Shown here: one piece after another, positions 1 to 11,310 of the stretch
Numbering within the stretch: the first letter of the stretch is position 1
How the letters are laid out: each line of letters opens with the position of its first letter
Origin: Minisyncoccota bacterium
GTDB taxonomy: Bacteria > Patescibacteriota > Minisyncoccia > Phycocordibacterales > PALSA-1337
DNA length: 64,000 nt
Direction of reading: 5' to 3'
Assembly (NCBI GenBank): GCA_041666915.1
Contig: JBAYFZ010000001.1
Location: 9,086-73,085, forward strand
Program-made: the position numbers and the translations under genes
Notes under the pieces: generated by a model
Told to the model about the DNA's origin: nothing
Database searches by the model: none
Seen by the model: only the letters and a program-made list of their open reading frames with translations

Positions 1-496
1 CATAGAAGCTTTGCCTATTATAAAAGCTATAGAGAAAGCTGTTGGAAACCCTTCTTCGCTGAAGCTACGAAGGGCAGGAAAATCGAAAGTAAAGATAATT
101 TTCTTTAGCCCATCCGGTGAACAATTTTCTAATGAAATGGCAGAGACGTATAAGAAATATACTGACATTGTCTTTGTCTGCGGACGTTACGAAGGTATAG
201 ATGCTCGAATAAAAGAAGTTTTTCCAATGGTTGATGTTACAGTTGGTCCTTATGTTCTAACTGGTGGGGAATTGCCAGCCATGATAATGATAGATGCTAT
301 TACCAGAAGGATTTCTGGTGTTCTCGGCGACGATCTTTCTATTGAAGAATCTAGAATCGCTAGTAGAGATGTATATACCAGACCAGAGGTTATCGTCTAC
401 AAGAAAAAGAAGTACAAAGTACCAGAAATATTACTCACTGGTGACCACGCCAAGATTGAGGAGTGGAAAAAGAAGGTGAATGAGTCAAAAAGATAA
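1..496 (+). CDS. trmD: tRNA (guanine37-N1)-methyltransferase, 5' truncated by window edge
   Basis: Motifs SPSG, CGRYEGIDAR, YVLTGGELPAM, YTRP, VPEILLTGDHAKI. Confidence 0.95.
   Translation, partial: IEALPIIKAIEKAVGNPSSLKLRRAGKSKVKIIFFSPSGEQFSNEMAETYKKYTDIVFVCGRYEGIDARIKEVFPMVDVTVGPYVLTGGELPAMIMIDAITRRISGVLGDDLSIEESRIASRDVYTRPEVIVYKKKKYKVPEILLTGDHAKIEEWKKKVNESKR
49..78. repeat. Short palindromic REP-like element inside trmD
   Basis: CCCTTCTTCGCTGAAGCTACGAAGGGCAGG, imperfect hairpin; related element at 929-957. Confidence 0.55.
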
Positions 497-559
497 TTAC
501 GAAACAAAAAATAGTTATTGTGAGCTTGTAAAGTTATTTTACGGAGTTAAAATTGTTGG

Positions 560-835
560 GTGAAAACATTTCCATTTTTACATAAAAAACTTGGTAGACC
601 AAGTAAAAAAGTACTTCGTTTTAGAAAGGCGATGGATGACGCCTTTGATGAGAGGATGAGGCATTCCATGAGACGTTTTGGAAGGCATGATTTTATATAT
701 TTTCGGTCTATAAGAAAAGCAACTAGAGAGTTTTTTAATGGCCCTGATGCAATTAGTCTAGCTAATTGGAAAACGTTTCAACCAATGAGTACGCAATATT
801 TCACCTGTCAAAAATTAGATTTATGCGACGATTAA
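560..835 (+). CDS. Hypothetical basic protein
   Basis: 91-aa ORF with GTG start filling the trmD-rpoB gap; no recognisable motif. Confidence 0.35.
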   Translation: MKTFPFLHKKLGRPSKKVLRFRKAMDDAFDERMRHSMRRFGRHDFIYFRSIRKATREFFNGPDAISLANWKTFQPMSTQYFTCQKLDLCDD

Positions 836-869
836 TAGCTACTATTAGATACCTGTGTACAACTACCTC

Positions 870-897
870 TTGACAAAAAAGGGGTGTATGCTAGGCT
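870..897 (+). promoter_or_regulatory. Sigma70 promoter of rpoBC
   Basis: TTGACA (870-875), 16-bp spacer, TGcTAGGCT extended -10. Confidence 0.65.
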
Positions 898-1116
898 CAC
901 AACAACTTCGCAGATTGTGTTCTGCAGCGCCCTTCCGAAGTTTTAACGAAGGAGGGCCTATAGCGAGGGATTAGAAAGGTCTACCATTAATCCTACAGTG
1001 TATAAAACAAATTAATTGCCCCAATATTATTTACCGTTTTTAATATAAAACGGACTTTTTGCGTCATCTATTATTGTTCATTATTAATGATCGGTTCCAA
1101 ATTAATTTTTATTAAA

Positions 1117-4100
1117 ATGCCCATTACTACTACCTTTAGACCAAAGAAATATTTCTCAAGATATCAGACGCCTCTTACCGTCACTCCGCACATGGTTGAG
1201 TCTCAGCTCAAGTCTTTTGCTGATCTCATGGAAAGTGGATTTGAAAATCTCCTAAAGGAATTTTCTCCTATCACAGACTATGCAAGCAAAAAGTTTGAAC
1301 TTTCCATCGGAGGTATGGAACTCGTTAGACCAAAGTATGACGAACATTTCGCCAAGAATAATAAGATGAACTATGAGGGTCAGATCAAGGTCAAGGTGAC
1401 TTTGAAAAACAAATCCCTAAACGTAGTCAAAGAACAGGAAATGTTTTTGGCTGATTTTCCTCTGATGACCGACCACGGAACTTTCATCGTGAATGGTGTT
1501 GAACGTCTCATCACTCCACAGCTCGCTCATTCATTCGGTATTTTCTTCACTTCAGAAGAAGTAAAAGGCAAGAATTATTTTGGGGCAAAAATAATTCCTG
1601 CTCGCGGTGTTTGGATGGAAATAGAAAGTGATGCAGATAGTACTATATATTGTCGTATTGACCGTAAGCGCAAGTTTCCAGTAACTTCACTTTTGCGTAT
1701 TTTGGGCGCAACTACAAATGAGGCTATCCTTGACCTATTCAAAGATAAGCCAGAAATGAGAAAAGTTATTGAACTGACTTTGGCTAAGGATCATGCCAAG
1801 ACCGTAGATGAATCATACTTAGAAATCCACAAGCGTCTTCGTGATGGTGATCTAGCTACAGTAGATAACGCACGTTCATTTATCCAAGCTTTGCTCGAAC
1901 CAAATCGTTATGATATTTCAAGAGTTGGTCGTTTCCGTTTCAACAAGCGTTTCTCAAAGCCTATGGATGAGAAGTCTCTAGAACGCAAGACTTTGAATCT
2001 TGATGATATCGCTACTACTATTGGTCACATTGTCACTTTGAGTATCACTCCTGATATGCAAGCTGACGATATTGACCACCTAGGTTCACGCCGTGTTCGC
2101 TATGTCGGTGAACTTCTAGAACAGCGTATTCGTCTAGGTCTCACTCAGATGAAGCGTAACATTCAAGACAAGATGTCTACGGTTGAACCTGATGTTACTC
2201 TTCCTATTTCATTTATTTATCCACGTCCATTGCAAGCTCGTATCAAGGAATTCTTTACAACAAACCAACTTTCACAATTCATGTTGCAAGAGAACGTCTT
2301 GGCCGAAGTGGAACATCTCCGTACTTTGACTGCTCTCGGTCCCGGAGGTCTCTCTCGTGAGCGTGCAGGATTCGAAGTTCGCGACGTGCACCCATCTCAC
2401 TACGGTCGTCTCTGTCCTATCCATACTCCAGAAGGTCCAAACATTGGTCTAGTTTTGCGTTTGACAATGTATGCTCGCATCAATGATTTCGGAATGATTG
2501 AAACTCCTTATGCAAAGGTCAAAAACGGAAAAGTTACAAAAGAGATCGTCTACATGAACGCTCTTGAAGAAGAAAACTTCCGTATTGCTCACGCTGCAAC
2601 TCCTTATGACAAAGAAGGAAACATTACAGTTGATGAAGCTGAAGTTCGTATCAATGGCAAACCATTCTTGGCAAAGAAAAATGAAGTTGATTATATTGAC
2701 GTAGCTACAAACCAAGCTTTCTCTATCGCTACTTCTCTCATTCCATTTTTGAACCACGATGATGCAAACCGTGCGCTCATGGGATCAAACATGCAAAAGC
2801 AGGCTACTCCTTGTCTCGTTCCAGAAGCACCTTTCGTCGCTACTGGTATTGAAGCAAAGGCTGTCATTGACTCAGGTCGTGTGGTCGCTGCGCCAGAAGA
2901 TGGTGAGATCACTCATGTTGACGCAAAGAGAGTTGTCTTCAAATCTGCAAAGACAGGCAAGAGTCATGAATACAATCTCGTTCTATTTTCTAGAACAAAC
3001 GGTTTCACCGCTTTCCATCAACGTCCTATCATCAACCTTGGAGATAAGGTTAAGAAAGGAGATATTCTAGTTGATACCTCTACATCAGATCATGGAGAAA
3101 TGGCTCTCGGTCACAATGCTCTAGTAGCCTTCATGTCATGGTCTGGATCAAACTACGAGGATGCCATCATCCTTTCTGAACGTGTTGTAAAGAACAGTAA
3201 GTGGAGTTCTATTCACATTGAGGAATTCGTAGTCAATGTTCGTGACACCAAACTTGGTCCTGAAGTTACAACTTGTGATATCACTAACGTCGGTGAAGCC
3301 AAGCTCAAGAATCTTACAGAAGAGGGTATTGTTCGTATTGGTGCAGAAGTTCGTCCTGGCGATATTCTAGTTGGTAAAATTTCTCCAAAGGGTGAAACTC
3401 AACTTACACCAGAAGAAAGACTTTTACGTTCTATTTTCGGAGAAAAAGCTCGCGATGTGAAGGATACTTCAAAGAGAATGGAAAACGGCAAACGTGGTCG
3501 CGTCATCTCTGTCAAAGTATTTTCTCGTGAGAAGGGAGATAAGCTAGAGTCAGGTATCATCAAGAAGATTTATGTTGAAGTCGCTCAAGTTCGTAATGTT
3601 TCCGTTGGAGACAAGATGGCCGGACGTCACGGTAACAAAGGTGTTATCTCAAAGATTCTTCCAGAAGAGGATATGCCATATATGGAAGATGGAACACCTA
3701 TTGATGTTATCCTTACTCCACTCGGTGTGCCTTCTCGTATGAACCTCGGACAGATCCTAGAATTGCACCTCGGTCTTGCTGCAAATACTCTTGGCTACCA
3801 AGCTATCGTTCCTCCTTTCACAGGAGCAACTGATGCAGAAATCAAAGAAGAGTTGGTCAAAGCAGGATTCGATAAGTCAGGAAAAATGTTGCTACGCGAT
3901 GGTCGCACAGGAGAACATTTCAAACAGCCTGTTGCTGTCGGATACATGTACATCTTGAAACTACATCACATGGTTGAAGACAAGATCCACATGCGTTCTA
4001 TCGGTCCTTACTCTCTCATTACTCAACAGCCACTAGGAGGTAAAGCTCAAGGTGGAGGTCAGAGATTTGGAGAAATGGAAGTCTGGGCATTGCTCGGTCA

Positions 4101-4305
4101 CGGTGCCGCTCATACTTTGCGTGAAATTCTTACAGTTAAGTCAGATGATATCGTCGGTCGTTCACAAACATTCGATGCTATCGTCAAGGGTGAAAAGATG
4201 CGTGTTCCGAATTTACCAGCCTCATTCAATGTGCTTTTGAAGACATTACGTGGATTGGCGCTTAACGTGGAGTTGGTTAATAAGCCTAGAGTAGATGAAG
4301 AATAA
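1117..4305 (+). CDS. rpoB: RNA polymerase beta subunit (alternative start 1087)
   Basis: RDVHPSHYGRLCP, GDKMAGRHGNKG, GGQRFGEMEVWAL motifs. Confidence 0.99.
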   Translation: MPITTTFRPKKYFSRYQTPLTVTPHMVESQLKSFADLMESGFENLLKEFSPITDYASKKFELSIGGMELVRPKYDEHFAKNNKMNYEGQIKVKVTLKNKSLNVVKEQEMFLADFPLMTDHGTFIVNGVERLITPQLAHSFGIFFTSEEVKGKNYFGAKIIPARGVWMEIESDADSTIYCRIDRKRKFPVTSLLRILGATTNEAILDLFKDKPEMRKVIELTLAKDHAKTVDESYLEIHKRLRDGDLATVDNARSFIQALLEPNRYDISRVGRFRFNKRFSKPMDEKSLERKTLNLDDIATTIGHIVTLSITPDMQADDIDHLGSRRVRYVGELLEQRIRLGLTQMKRNIQDKMSTVEPDVTLPISFIYPRPLQARIKEFFTTNQLSQFMLQENVLAEVEHLRTLTALGPGGLSRERAGFEVRDVHPSHYGRLCPIHTPEGPNIGLVLRLTMYARINDFGMIETPYAKVKNGKVTKEIVYMNALEEENFRIAHAATPYDKEGNITVDEAEVRINGKPFLAKKNEVDYIDVATNQAFSIATSLIPFLNHDDANRALMGSNMQKQATPCLVPEAPFVATGIEAKAVIDSGRVVAAPEDGEITHVDAKRVVFKSAKTGKSHEYNLVLFSRTNGFTAFHQRPIINLGDKVKKGDILVDTSTSDHGEMALGHNALVAFMSWSGSNYEDAIILSERVVKNSKWSSIHIEEFVVNVRDTKLGPEVTTCDITNVGEAKLKNLTEEGIVRIGAEVRPGDILVGKISPKGETQLTPEERLLRSIFGEKARDVKDTSKRMENGKRGRVISVKVFSREKGDKLESGIIKKIYVEVAQVRNVSVGDKMAGRHGNKGVISKILPEEDMPYMEDGTPIDVILTPLGVPSRMNLGQILELHLGLAANTLGYQAIVPPFTGATDAEIKEELVKAGFDKSGKMLLRDGRTGEHFKQPVAVGYMYILKLHHMVEDKIHMRSIGPYSLITQQPLGGKAQGGGQRFGEMEVWALLGHGAAHTLREILTVKSDDIVGRSQTFDAIVKGEKMRVPNLPASFNVLLKTLRGLALNVELVNKPRVDEE

Positions 4306-4331
4306 GAGTAAATGAAAGTGTAAAAATCAAA

Positions 4332-4709
4332 ATGGAAAATGACAAAGAAAAATTTAAAAATGAATTTAAAAAGAGATTGTATAAGTGGGTGCTGAGATTA
4401 GTTAAATTCATTGATAAACTTCCGAAAGATTCAGTCTCCAATGTTATGGGAAAGCAGTTACTTAGAAGTGGTACAAGTATATTGGCAAATTATGTTGAAG
4501 CAAGCTCAGCGAGTTCAAGAAAAGATTTTATTAATTTTTTCACACATTCGCTCAAATCTTCAAATGAGTCAAAGGTTTGGTTAACATTGTTACGTGATAC
4601 GGAGAAGGGAGATGTAAAGGAGTTGCTGTGGTTATTGAAAGAGTTAATTGAGGTTTCGAACATTATAGCTTCCAGCATCATTACGTTAAAGAAGAAAAAA
4701 CAATTATGA
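4332..4709 (+). CDS. Four-helix bundle protein (23S rRNA IVS protein / Avd-like family)
   Basis: QLLRSGTSILANYVEA...SRKDFINF...LKSSNESKVWL signature. Confidence 0.9.
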   Translation: MENDKEKFKNEFKKRLYKWVLRLVKFIDKLPKDSVSNVMGKQLLRSGTSILANYVEASSASSRKDFINFFTHSLKSSNESKVWLTLLRDTEKGDVKELLWLLKELIEVSNIIASSIITLKKKKQL

Positions 4710-5350
4710 AAACAAATAAGCAAAAAGGTTATGTAATTCCTCTAGTCACCGCTATTGTGGTTATTCTCGTTGTCGGCGTAGTGTATTACTCCACTCAAAG
4801 GAAACAGAGTTATTGTTGGCCATATTGTCCAAATATGACTGATCAAGACAGAGAAATCATTAAGAATCAAATGCGAGAGGCTACATCTACGAATCCGGAT
4901 ACTGCGAGCTGGAAGACATATACTAACCCCGTCTTCGGCTACAGTTTTAAGTACCCTTCTGAATCTGAATTGGCGGATCAAAAATCTTTTGACAATAATG
5001 GTAACCTCATAGTTGTAATTTTTCCACAGCCAAGTCAGGGGGTTGGTGTTCAATTTTCAGTTTCAGTTTCTGACAACACTGCTAATTGTTATAAAAATGA
5101 TTTAAGAGGCACGTCTACCAGAACGGTGACGATTAATGGAAATACTTACCATGTCGGTAGCGGTGGTGATCAAGGTATGGGTGGTGCGATTGGTGAATAC
5201 ACCAACTATGCCATTATAAAGAATAGTGCTTGTTATCAATTAGTCATGGATCTTCAATGGAATCGATCATCTGGAAGGAATTTCGATGAGCAAAAAATAC
5301 AGGATTATCTCAAACAAATCTTATCAACCTTTAAATTTATCAGCCAATAA
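4706..5350 (+). CDS. Membrane-anchored exported protein, PsbP-like domain
   Basis: KQKG + hydrophobic N-terminus; WKTYTNxxxGYSFKYP and ILSTFKF motifs; ATGA overlap with upstream gene. Confidence 0.7.
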   Translation: MKTNKQKGYVIPLVTAIVVILVVGVVYYSTQRKQSYCWPYCPNMTDQDREIIKNQMREATSTNPDTASWKTYTNPVFGYSFKYPSESELADQKSFDNNGNLIVVIFPQPSQGVGVQFSVSVSDNTANCYKNDLRGTSTRTVTINGNTYHVGSGGDQGMGGAIGEYTNYAIIKNSACYQLVMDLQWNRSSGRNFDEQKIQDYLKQILSTFKFISQ

Positions 5351-5395
5351 TCTTAACATTTTTAATTTTGATATTTAATCTTTAATTTAATTACC

Positions 5396-8300
5396 ATGCA
5401 ACCAAATATAAATAAAAAGCAAAATGAACCAACACAGTTTGACCTAGTCAAATTGACATTGGCATCACCTGATAAGATCCTTGAATGGTCATATGGTGAG
5501 ATCACCAAACCAGAAACCATCAACTATCGTACACAACGATCTGAAAAGAGCGGTCTCTTTGACGAGCGCATCTTTGGTCCAGACCGAGATTTTGAATGTT
5601 ACTGTGGAAAATATCGCGGTATTCGTTACAAAGGTATTGTTTGCGAAAAGTGTGGAGTTGAAATTACACGCTCAATAGTTCGCCGTGACCGCATGGGACA
5701 TATTGAACTAGCAAGTCCAGTTTCTCATATCTGGTTCCTCCGCAGTGTCCCTTCACGTATTGGTCTTATCTTAGGAATGACTACTTCAGATCTTGAAAAA
5801 GTAGTTTATTTCGCTGGATATATTGTTACCAAAGTTCACGTAGGTGAAAAGGAGAGTTTCCTCAAAGAACTTGATACTGAATACAAGAGTAAAGTTAAGG
5901 CTGCTCAAGATGACAAGACCAAGGAAGCTTTGAAAGAACTCGTAGTCAATGCTCGTAAAGATATTGAAAGTCTCGTAGAAGGTTTTGTTATGGATGAAGC
6001 TACTTATCATAAATTTGCTGTGAAGTATGGCTCTCTATTTGAAGCTGGTATTGGTGCAGAAGTCATATACGAACTTTTGAAGAAGGTTGATTTAGTCAAA
6101 CTCCAAGCAGAATTGATCAAGGTTCATGATGTTGCTGGTACAGCTGATCGTGAAAGACTCTCAAAGCGTTTGTCATTGGTCAAGCAAATGATCAAAGCCA
6201 AGGTTCGTCCAGAATGGATGTTCCTAGTTCGTATTCCAGTCATTCCACCAGGACTCCGTCCAATGGTTGCTCTTGATGGTGGACGTTACGCTACTTCAGA
6301 TGTAAACGATTTGTATCGCCGTGTTATCAACCGCAACAATCGTCTTTTGAAATTGAAAGAGATCAATGCTCCAGAAGTTATTCTCCGCAACGAAAAGCGT
6401 ATTTTGCAAGAAGCTGTAGATGCTCTCATAGATAACTCTATCCGTCACAGTTCTTCTGCTGGTGCTGCCGCAGTTGCTGCTCAGAAGCGAGCTTTGAAAT
6501 CACTCTCAGATAGTTTGAAGTCAAAGAGAGGACTATTTCGTCAGAACCTTCTCGGTAAGCGCGTAGACTATTCTGGTCGTTCAGTTATCGTCGTCGGCCC
6601 AGAGCTCAAACTAGATGAATGTGGTTTGCCAAAACACATGGCCTTGGAATTGTTCCGTCCATTCGTCATCTCAGGACTTTTGAAAAAAGAATTAGCTTAC
6701 AACATTCGTGGTGCAAACAGACTCATTGATGATGGTGCAAAAGAAGTTTGGGAAATTCTAGAAGAAGTTATTAAAGGTAAATACGTACTCTTGAACCGTG
6801 CTCCTACTTTGCACCGTTTAGGTATTCAAGCTTTTAGACCTCAACTTATTGAAGGTAATGCTATCCATGTTCACCCACTCGTATGTACAGCTTTCAACGC
6901 TGACTTCGATGGAGACCAGATGGCCGTACACGTTCCGTTGTCAGATGAGGCTCAGATGGAAGCAAAGATGATCATGGCTTCTGATAGGAACATCTTGAAA
7001 CCAGGTAACAATGACCCTACTGTTGTAGCAAAGATGCTTGATATTGTGCTCGGTTGTTTCTGGGTTACGAAAGTTGTGGCTGGTGCAAATGGTGAAGGTA
7101 AAGCTTTTGAATCTCCTGATTCAGCTATCTTGGCAAATAGTTTTGAAAGTATAGATCTTCGTGCCAAGGTTAAAGTTGTAGCTCCAAATACTCCAAAGTA
7201 TGCAAAATTTGAAGGTAAGATTTTTGAGACTACAGTCGGAAGAATCTTGCTCAACAATATTTTGCCTGATGATTATCCTTTCATCAATGAAGAAGTTGGA
7301 CGCAAATATCTAGGTCAGATTATTGACGACATGATCACTCTCCGTGGAGCTGAGAATGTTGCGCCAATTCTAGATAAGATAAAATCTTTCGGTTTTAGTT
7401 ACGCTACTATTTCTGGTACAACTTGGGGTATTGATGACATCATGGTTCCAGATTCAAAGAAAGCAATCATTGCCAAAGGTAAAGTCCAAGCTGATATTGT
7501 CAGTAAGCAGTTTGATGAAGGTCTTCTTGCAGAAGAAGAAAGAATCAGAAAACATATTGAAATTTGGCAGAGAGCCAAGGGTGAAGTTGAAAAAGCAATT
7601 CCTGCTTCTTTGGACAAGCTCGGTTCTGTCTACGACATGATCACCTCTGGAGCTCGCGGATCCCTATCACAGATCACACAAATGGTTGGTATGAAAGGTC
7701 TTATCTCATCAGTTTCTGGAGAAACTATTGAATTCCCGATCCTATCCTGTTCCAAGGAAGGTCTTACTCCTATTGAATATTTCATTACTACTCACGGTTC
7801 AAGAAAGGGTCTCACAGACACCGCTTTGAACACCGCTAAAGCAGGTTACCTCACACGTAAGCTCTTCGTGGTTGCTCAAGATGTCGTAGTTTCTGAAGAA
7901 GATTGTGGTACAAAAGAATTTATTACTATATACAAGCAGACTGCTTCTGGTATGAATATTCCTCTTTCAAAGAATATTCGCGGACGTAATATTGCTGAAG
8001 ATATCAAGACTGCCGATGGAAAAGTTTTATTTGAAAAGGGACATCTCTTGAATAAGTCGGACGCTCTCAAAGTTGAAGCTGCTGGTATAAATGAAGTCAA
8101 AGTCCGTTCACCACTCTCATGTAAAACTCTACGTGGTGTTTGTTCCAAGTGTTACGGTCTAGACCTAGGTAGGAATACTCCTATCGCTCTAGGTGAAGCT
8201 GTAGGAACTATTGCTGCTCAAGCCATCGGAGAACCTGGTACACAGCTAACAATGCGTACATTCCATGCTGGTGGTACTGCTTCACAAGGTGGAGACATCA

Positions 8301-9073
8301 CATCAGGTCTACCACGCGTTGAAGAAGTTTTTGAAAAGCGTCGTCCAAAGAATCCTGCTGTGGTAGCAACCGTGAACGGTGTAGTTACAGGTATGAAGGA
8401 TGTTGGAAAAGAAAAGATGATCTATGTCATTCCAGATATTGAAGACAAGGGTAAAGGCAAAGCAACTGAAGTTGAATATGTCTTCCCATATCGCCGTACT
8501 ACTATGGTCAAAGCAGGTGATCGTGTAAAGAAGGGTCAACTCTTGACTGATGGTTCTGCTGATATTGACGAGATCTTTGAATACGGTGGAGAAGAGCGTG
8601 CCAAGGATTACGTTATTACTGAAGTTGGTAAGATCTACGAACTTCAGGGAGAAACGGTTTCCCGTAAGCACATTGAACTCATCGTTAAACAGATGTTCAG
8701 TCGTCGTAAGATCATTGATGGTGGAGATACAAACTTCACTGAAGGTATGATCATCGATGATATTCAATTTGCAGAAGAGAATGCGGAAGCCAAAGAAGCT
8801 GGAGGTACTATCGCCAAGGCCGAGAAATTGGTCATGGGTATTACCGAAACTTCTCTATCAAGAAAGAGTTTCTTGTCAGCTGCATCATTCCAGCACACTA
8901 CTCGTGTCCTCATCGCCAACGCGGTCCGTGGTGCTTCAGATGACCTCACAGGCCTCATGGAAAACGTTATCATTGGTCGCTTGGTTCCAGCTGGTTCAGG
9001 TTTCGTTGGATCACCAAAGAAAAAGATGATTGACGCTGTTTCAGCAGGTAGTGAGGAGGTTGAGGGGGAGTAA
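5396..9073 (+). CDS. rpoC: RNA polymerase beta' subunit
   Basis: [12 protein letters not shown] catalytic motif, Zn-binding Cys motifs, [13 protein letters not shown]. Confidence 0.99.
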   Translation: MQPNINKKQNEPTQFDLVKLTLASPDKILEWSYGEITKPETINYRTQRSEKSGLFDERIFGPDRDFECYCGKYRGIRYKGIVCEKCGVEITRSIVRRDRMGHIELASPVSHIWFLRSVPSRIGLILGMTTSDLEKVVYFAGYIVTKVHVGEKESFLKELDTEYKSKVKAAQDDKTKEALKELVVNARKDIESLVEGFVMDEATYHKFAVKYGSLFEAGIGAEVIYELLKKVDLVKLQAELIKVHDVAGTADRERLSKRLSLVKQMIKAKVRPEWMFLVRIPVIPPGLRPMVALDGGRYATSDVNDLYRRVINRNNRLLKLKEINAPEVILRNEKRILQEAVDALIDNSIRHSSSAGAAAVAAQKRALKSLSDSLKSKRGLFRQNLLGKRVDYSGRSVIVVGPELKLDECGLPKHMALELFRPFVISGLLKKELAYNIRGANRLIDDGAKEVWEILEEVIKGKYVLLNRAPTLHRLGIQAFRPQLIEGNAIHVHPLVCTAFNADFDGDQMAVHVPLSDEAQMEAKMIMASDRNILKPGNNDPTVVAKMLDIVLGCFWVTKVVAGANGEGKAFESPDSAILANSFESIDLRAKVKVVAPNTPKYAKFEGKIFETTVGRILLNNILPDDYPFINEEVGRKYLGQIIDDMITLRGAENVAPILDKIKSFGFSYATISGTTWGIDDIMVPDSKKAIIAKGKVQADIVSKQFDEGLLAEEERIRKHIEIWQRAKGEVEKAIPASLDKLGSVYDMITSGARGSLSQITQMVGMKGLISSVSGETIEFPILSCSKEGLTPIEYFITTHGSRKGLTDTALNTAKAGYLTRKLFVVAQDVVVSEEDCGTKEFITIYKQTASGMNIPLSKNIRGRNIAEDIKTADGKVLFEKGHLLNKSDALKVEAAGINEVKVRSPLSCKTLRGVCSKCYGLDLGRNTPIALGEAVGTIAAQAIGEPGTQLTMRTFHAGGTASQGGDITSGLPRVEEVFEKRRPKNPAVVATVNGVVTGMKDVGKEKMIYVIPDIEDKGKGKATEVEYVFPYRRTTMVKAGDRVKKGQLLTDGSADIDEIFEYGGEERAKDYVITEVGKIYELQGETVSRKHIELIVKQMFSRRKIIDGGDTNFTEGMIIDDIQFAEENAEAKEAGGTIAKAEKLVMGITETSLSRKSFLSAASFQHTTRVLIANAVRGASDDLTGLMENVIIGRLVPAGSGFVGSPKKKMIDAVSAGSEEVEGE

Positions 9074-9094
9074 TAGGATAATTTAATAAAAAGA

Positions 9095-9128
9095 AAAACC
9101 AACTTCCTGAAAGGGGGTTGGTTTTTTG
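9095..9128 (+). terminator. Intrinsic terminator after rpoC
   Basis: AAAACCAACTTCC-TGAAA-GGGGGTTGGTTTTTT. Confidence 0.8.
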
Positions 9129-9143
9129 ATTGAAGATCTATCT

Positions 9144-9413
9144 TTAGATTTTTTGGGGCGGTGTATTGTTAGACTCTCTTTTCCAGCGTCTATACTTTTT
9201 ATAATAGAACATTGTCTCCATTAACGAGGCAAGGGCAACAGATAAGACGGTAGATAAAATAAACATAGAGAAAATCTCTCGAATGGTCAATATTCCTAAC
9301 ATCATACATTCTAGTACATAAGGATGTATGATATTGTGTATCACAATTGCTCCAGAGGTAGATATCAATAGGCAAAATAGCCATGAAATCATTGACTTTA
9401 AATGATTATTCAT
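9144..9413 (-). CDS. Small two-TM hypothetical protein
   Basis: Two hydrophobic stretches and a basic tail. Confidence 0.5.
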   Translation of the reverse strand: MNNHLKSMISWLFCLLISTSGAIVIHNIIHPYVLECMMLGILTIREIFSMFILSTVLSVALASLMETMFYYKKYRRWKRESNNTPPQKI

Positions 9414-9531
9414 AAATTTATCTTTGTTTTTTGTTGTTGAAGATCAGTCAGCTACTTTCTAGATGATACAATACCGATTGTTAACTTGTCAATGTATACA
9501 AACTCCGCCTATAAACCTATAATTACCGTTA

Positions 9532-10278
9532 ATGAAACCTGAATTTCTCACAAAAATCGATGCTGTTAAAGCCGAAATCGAAAAGCATGGCGTCCTAGAT
9601 CCGGCATTATTAAAGAATCTTGATGAGTGGTATCGCATAGAATTAACCTACACTTCAAATGCTCTAGAAGGTAACACTTTGACGCGTCAAGAAACCGCAT
9701 TGGTGGTTGAAAAAGATATTAGTATTGATGGTAAGCAACTAAGAGAACTCATTGAAGCGAAGAATCATGGAGAAGCAGTTGAGTTTATTAAAAAATTTGC
9801 CAAGGATCATTCTGGCCTCGGTGATGTCACTTTACCTGCTATTCTTGATATTCATCGTATCATTTTACAAAAGAATGATGACGTGAATGCTGGCAGACTT
9901 CGTAATGTTCCAGTCAGGATTTCTGGTTCAACATCAATAATGCCCAATCCAGCCTCGGTGCCAAAACTCATGGAAGAATTCATTACTTGGTTGAGTAGTA
10001 GTAAAGATCATTCAGCCTCAACCGCTATAGAAGCTCATTATCGTTTTGTCTCCATTCATCCATTTACCGATGGTAATGGTAGAACCGCCCGTCTTCTTCT
10101 TAATCTAATACTTTTACAAAATAATTATCCGCCAGTTATTATTCACCCTGAAGACAGGAGAGTTTACGTAACATCTCTTGAAAAAGCTCAAACAGGCGGA
10201 AGCAAAGATGATTATGAGAATTTTATGTTGGAGGCGGTACTAAAATCGGCAGAGGAGTATTTGAAATCTATTAAATAG
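9532..10278 (+). CDS. Fic family protein (class II, N-terminal inhibitory helix)
   Basis: HPFTDGNGRTAR Fic motif; SNALEGN inhibitory motif. Confidence 0.93.
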   Translation: MKPEFLTKIDAVKAEIEKHGVLDPALLKNLDEWYRIELTYTSNALEGNTLTRQETALVVEKDISIDGKQLRELIEAKNHGEAVEFIKKFAKDHSGLGDVTLPAILDIHRIILQKNDDVNAGRLRNVPVRISGSTSIMPNPASVPKLMEEFITWLSSSKDHSASTAIEAHYRFVSIHPFTDGNGRTARLLLNLILLQNNYPPVIIHPEDRRVYVTSLEKAQTGGSKDDYENFMLEAVLKSAEEYLKSIK

Positions 10279-10281
10279 TAC

Positions 10282-10986
10282 ATGAAAAACCGAAACTTTT
10301 TCTTTCAACAGTACGATAAGATAAATTGGGTAAACCAAGAAAAGACACATCTCAATGTTTCTGTAAATAAGTTTATTCTCGATGAAATCATCTCCAAACA
10401 AAGTATACCTTTCAGCTTGTTTGGTATCGGTTCTGGAATTGGATTTTTTATAAGGATGTTAAAAGAAAAATATGGCGACAATATCCATATCGCTGGATGC
10501 GAGCCATCAAAGAAGAGTTACGATTATTTCATTAAAAGTGATATAGACAAAAGTAATGTTGAGATTTATCAAGATACTTTTCAAGACTTTAAAACAGATA
10601 AGAAGTTTGATTTTATTACGGCAATATACGTCTTTCCACATTTTATTGAAGCTGATTTGAGTAAGGTGGCTCAAAAAATATCGGGAATGCTAAATGAAAA
10701 AGGAAGACTAATAATCGTCGTCTCCAACGAAGAGTATTTGAGAAATAAGTTAGAGACAAAAAGAGATTTGTTCATCGAAAAAAATACCATTGAGTTTAAA
10801 GGTAAGGAATACAAAGAATATCTACATTATGTTGAAATACCTGATATGGGTACGGTTATAGATTACGATAGAGAAGAAGATTATTACAAAGCCCTTCTTG
10901 AAGATAATGGATTGAAGTTGGTAAAAAAAGATAAGCTAAATAGTGACGAATACATTTGTACAGTATTTACGTTTGAGAAGGTCTAA
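10282..10986 (+). CDS. Class I SAM-dependent methyltransferase
   Basis: GIGSGIG motif I, GCEPS, FDFITAIYVFPH. Confidence 0.8.
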   Translation: MKNRNFFFQQYDKINWVNQEKTHLNVSVNKFILDEIISKQSIPFSLFGIGSGIGFFIRMLKEKYGDNIHIAGCEPSKKSYDYFIKSDIDKSNVEIYQDTFQDFKTDKKFDFITAIYVFPHFIEADLSKVAQKISGMLNEKGRLIIVVSNEEYLRNKLETKRDLFIEKNTIEFKGKEYKEYLHYVEIPDMGTVIDYDREEDYYKALLEDNGLKLVKKDKLNSDEYICTVFTFEKV

Positions 10987-11058
10987 TGAGTTTTAAATGT
11001 CAAGCGAAGAATTATAGGGTATTGCATTTATCCATTGATTTTGTACAATATGTACATT

Positions 11059-11310
11059 ATGAAGATTATTACCACAACCGTCGCTCGTAAGACTATAGGG
11101 AGTATGTTAAACCGAGTTAAATATTACGGTGAAGTTTTTGGAATTGGCCGTCGTAATTCTATTGATGCATTACTTATTCAGTTTCCAAGTGCTTATAACG
11201 AAGATTTGAATGACATTACAAATGTTAACGCTAGTTCAAAGAGTTTTGAATTTTTAGCAAAAGAAAAGGATATTTACTCACTTTCTGATCTAAAAGAAAA
11301 ATATGTATAA
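11059..11310 (+). CDS. Putative antitoxin
   Basis: Small ORF overlapping the downstream MazF-like toxin; Phd-like ITTTVAR start and DIYSLSDL end. Confidence 0.65.
   Translation: MKIITTTVARKTIGSMLNRVKYYGEVFGIGRRNSIDALLIQFPSAYNEDLNDITNVNASSKSFEFLAKEKDIYSLSDLKEKYV

Noticed and set aside
4332-4709. Diversity-generating retroelement (Avd-like gene)
   Set aside because: No reverse transcriptase and no TR/VR pair with adenine-specific mismatches seen in the window.
2449-9102. Antisense and alternate-frame ORFs inside rpoB/rpoC and other long genes
   Set aside because: Shadow ORFs of conserved genes with no independent motifs.
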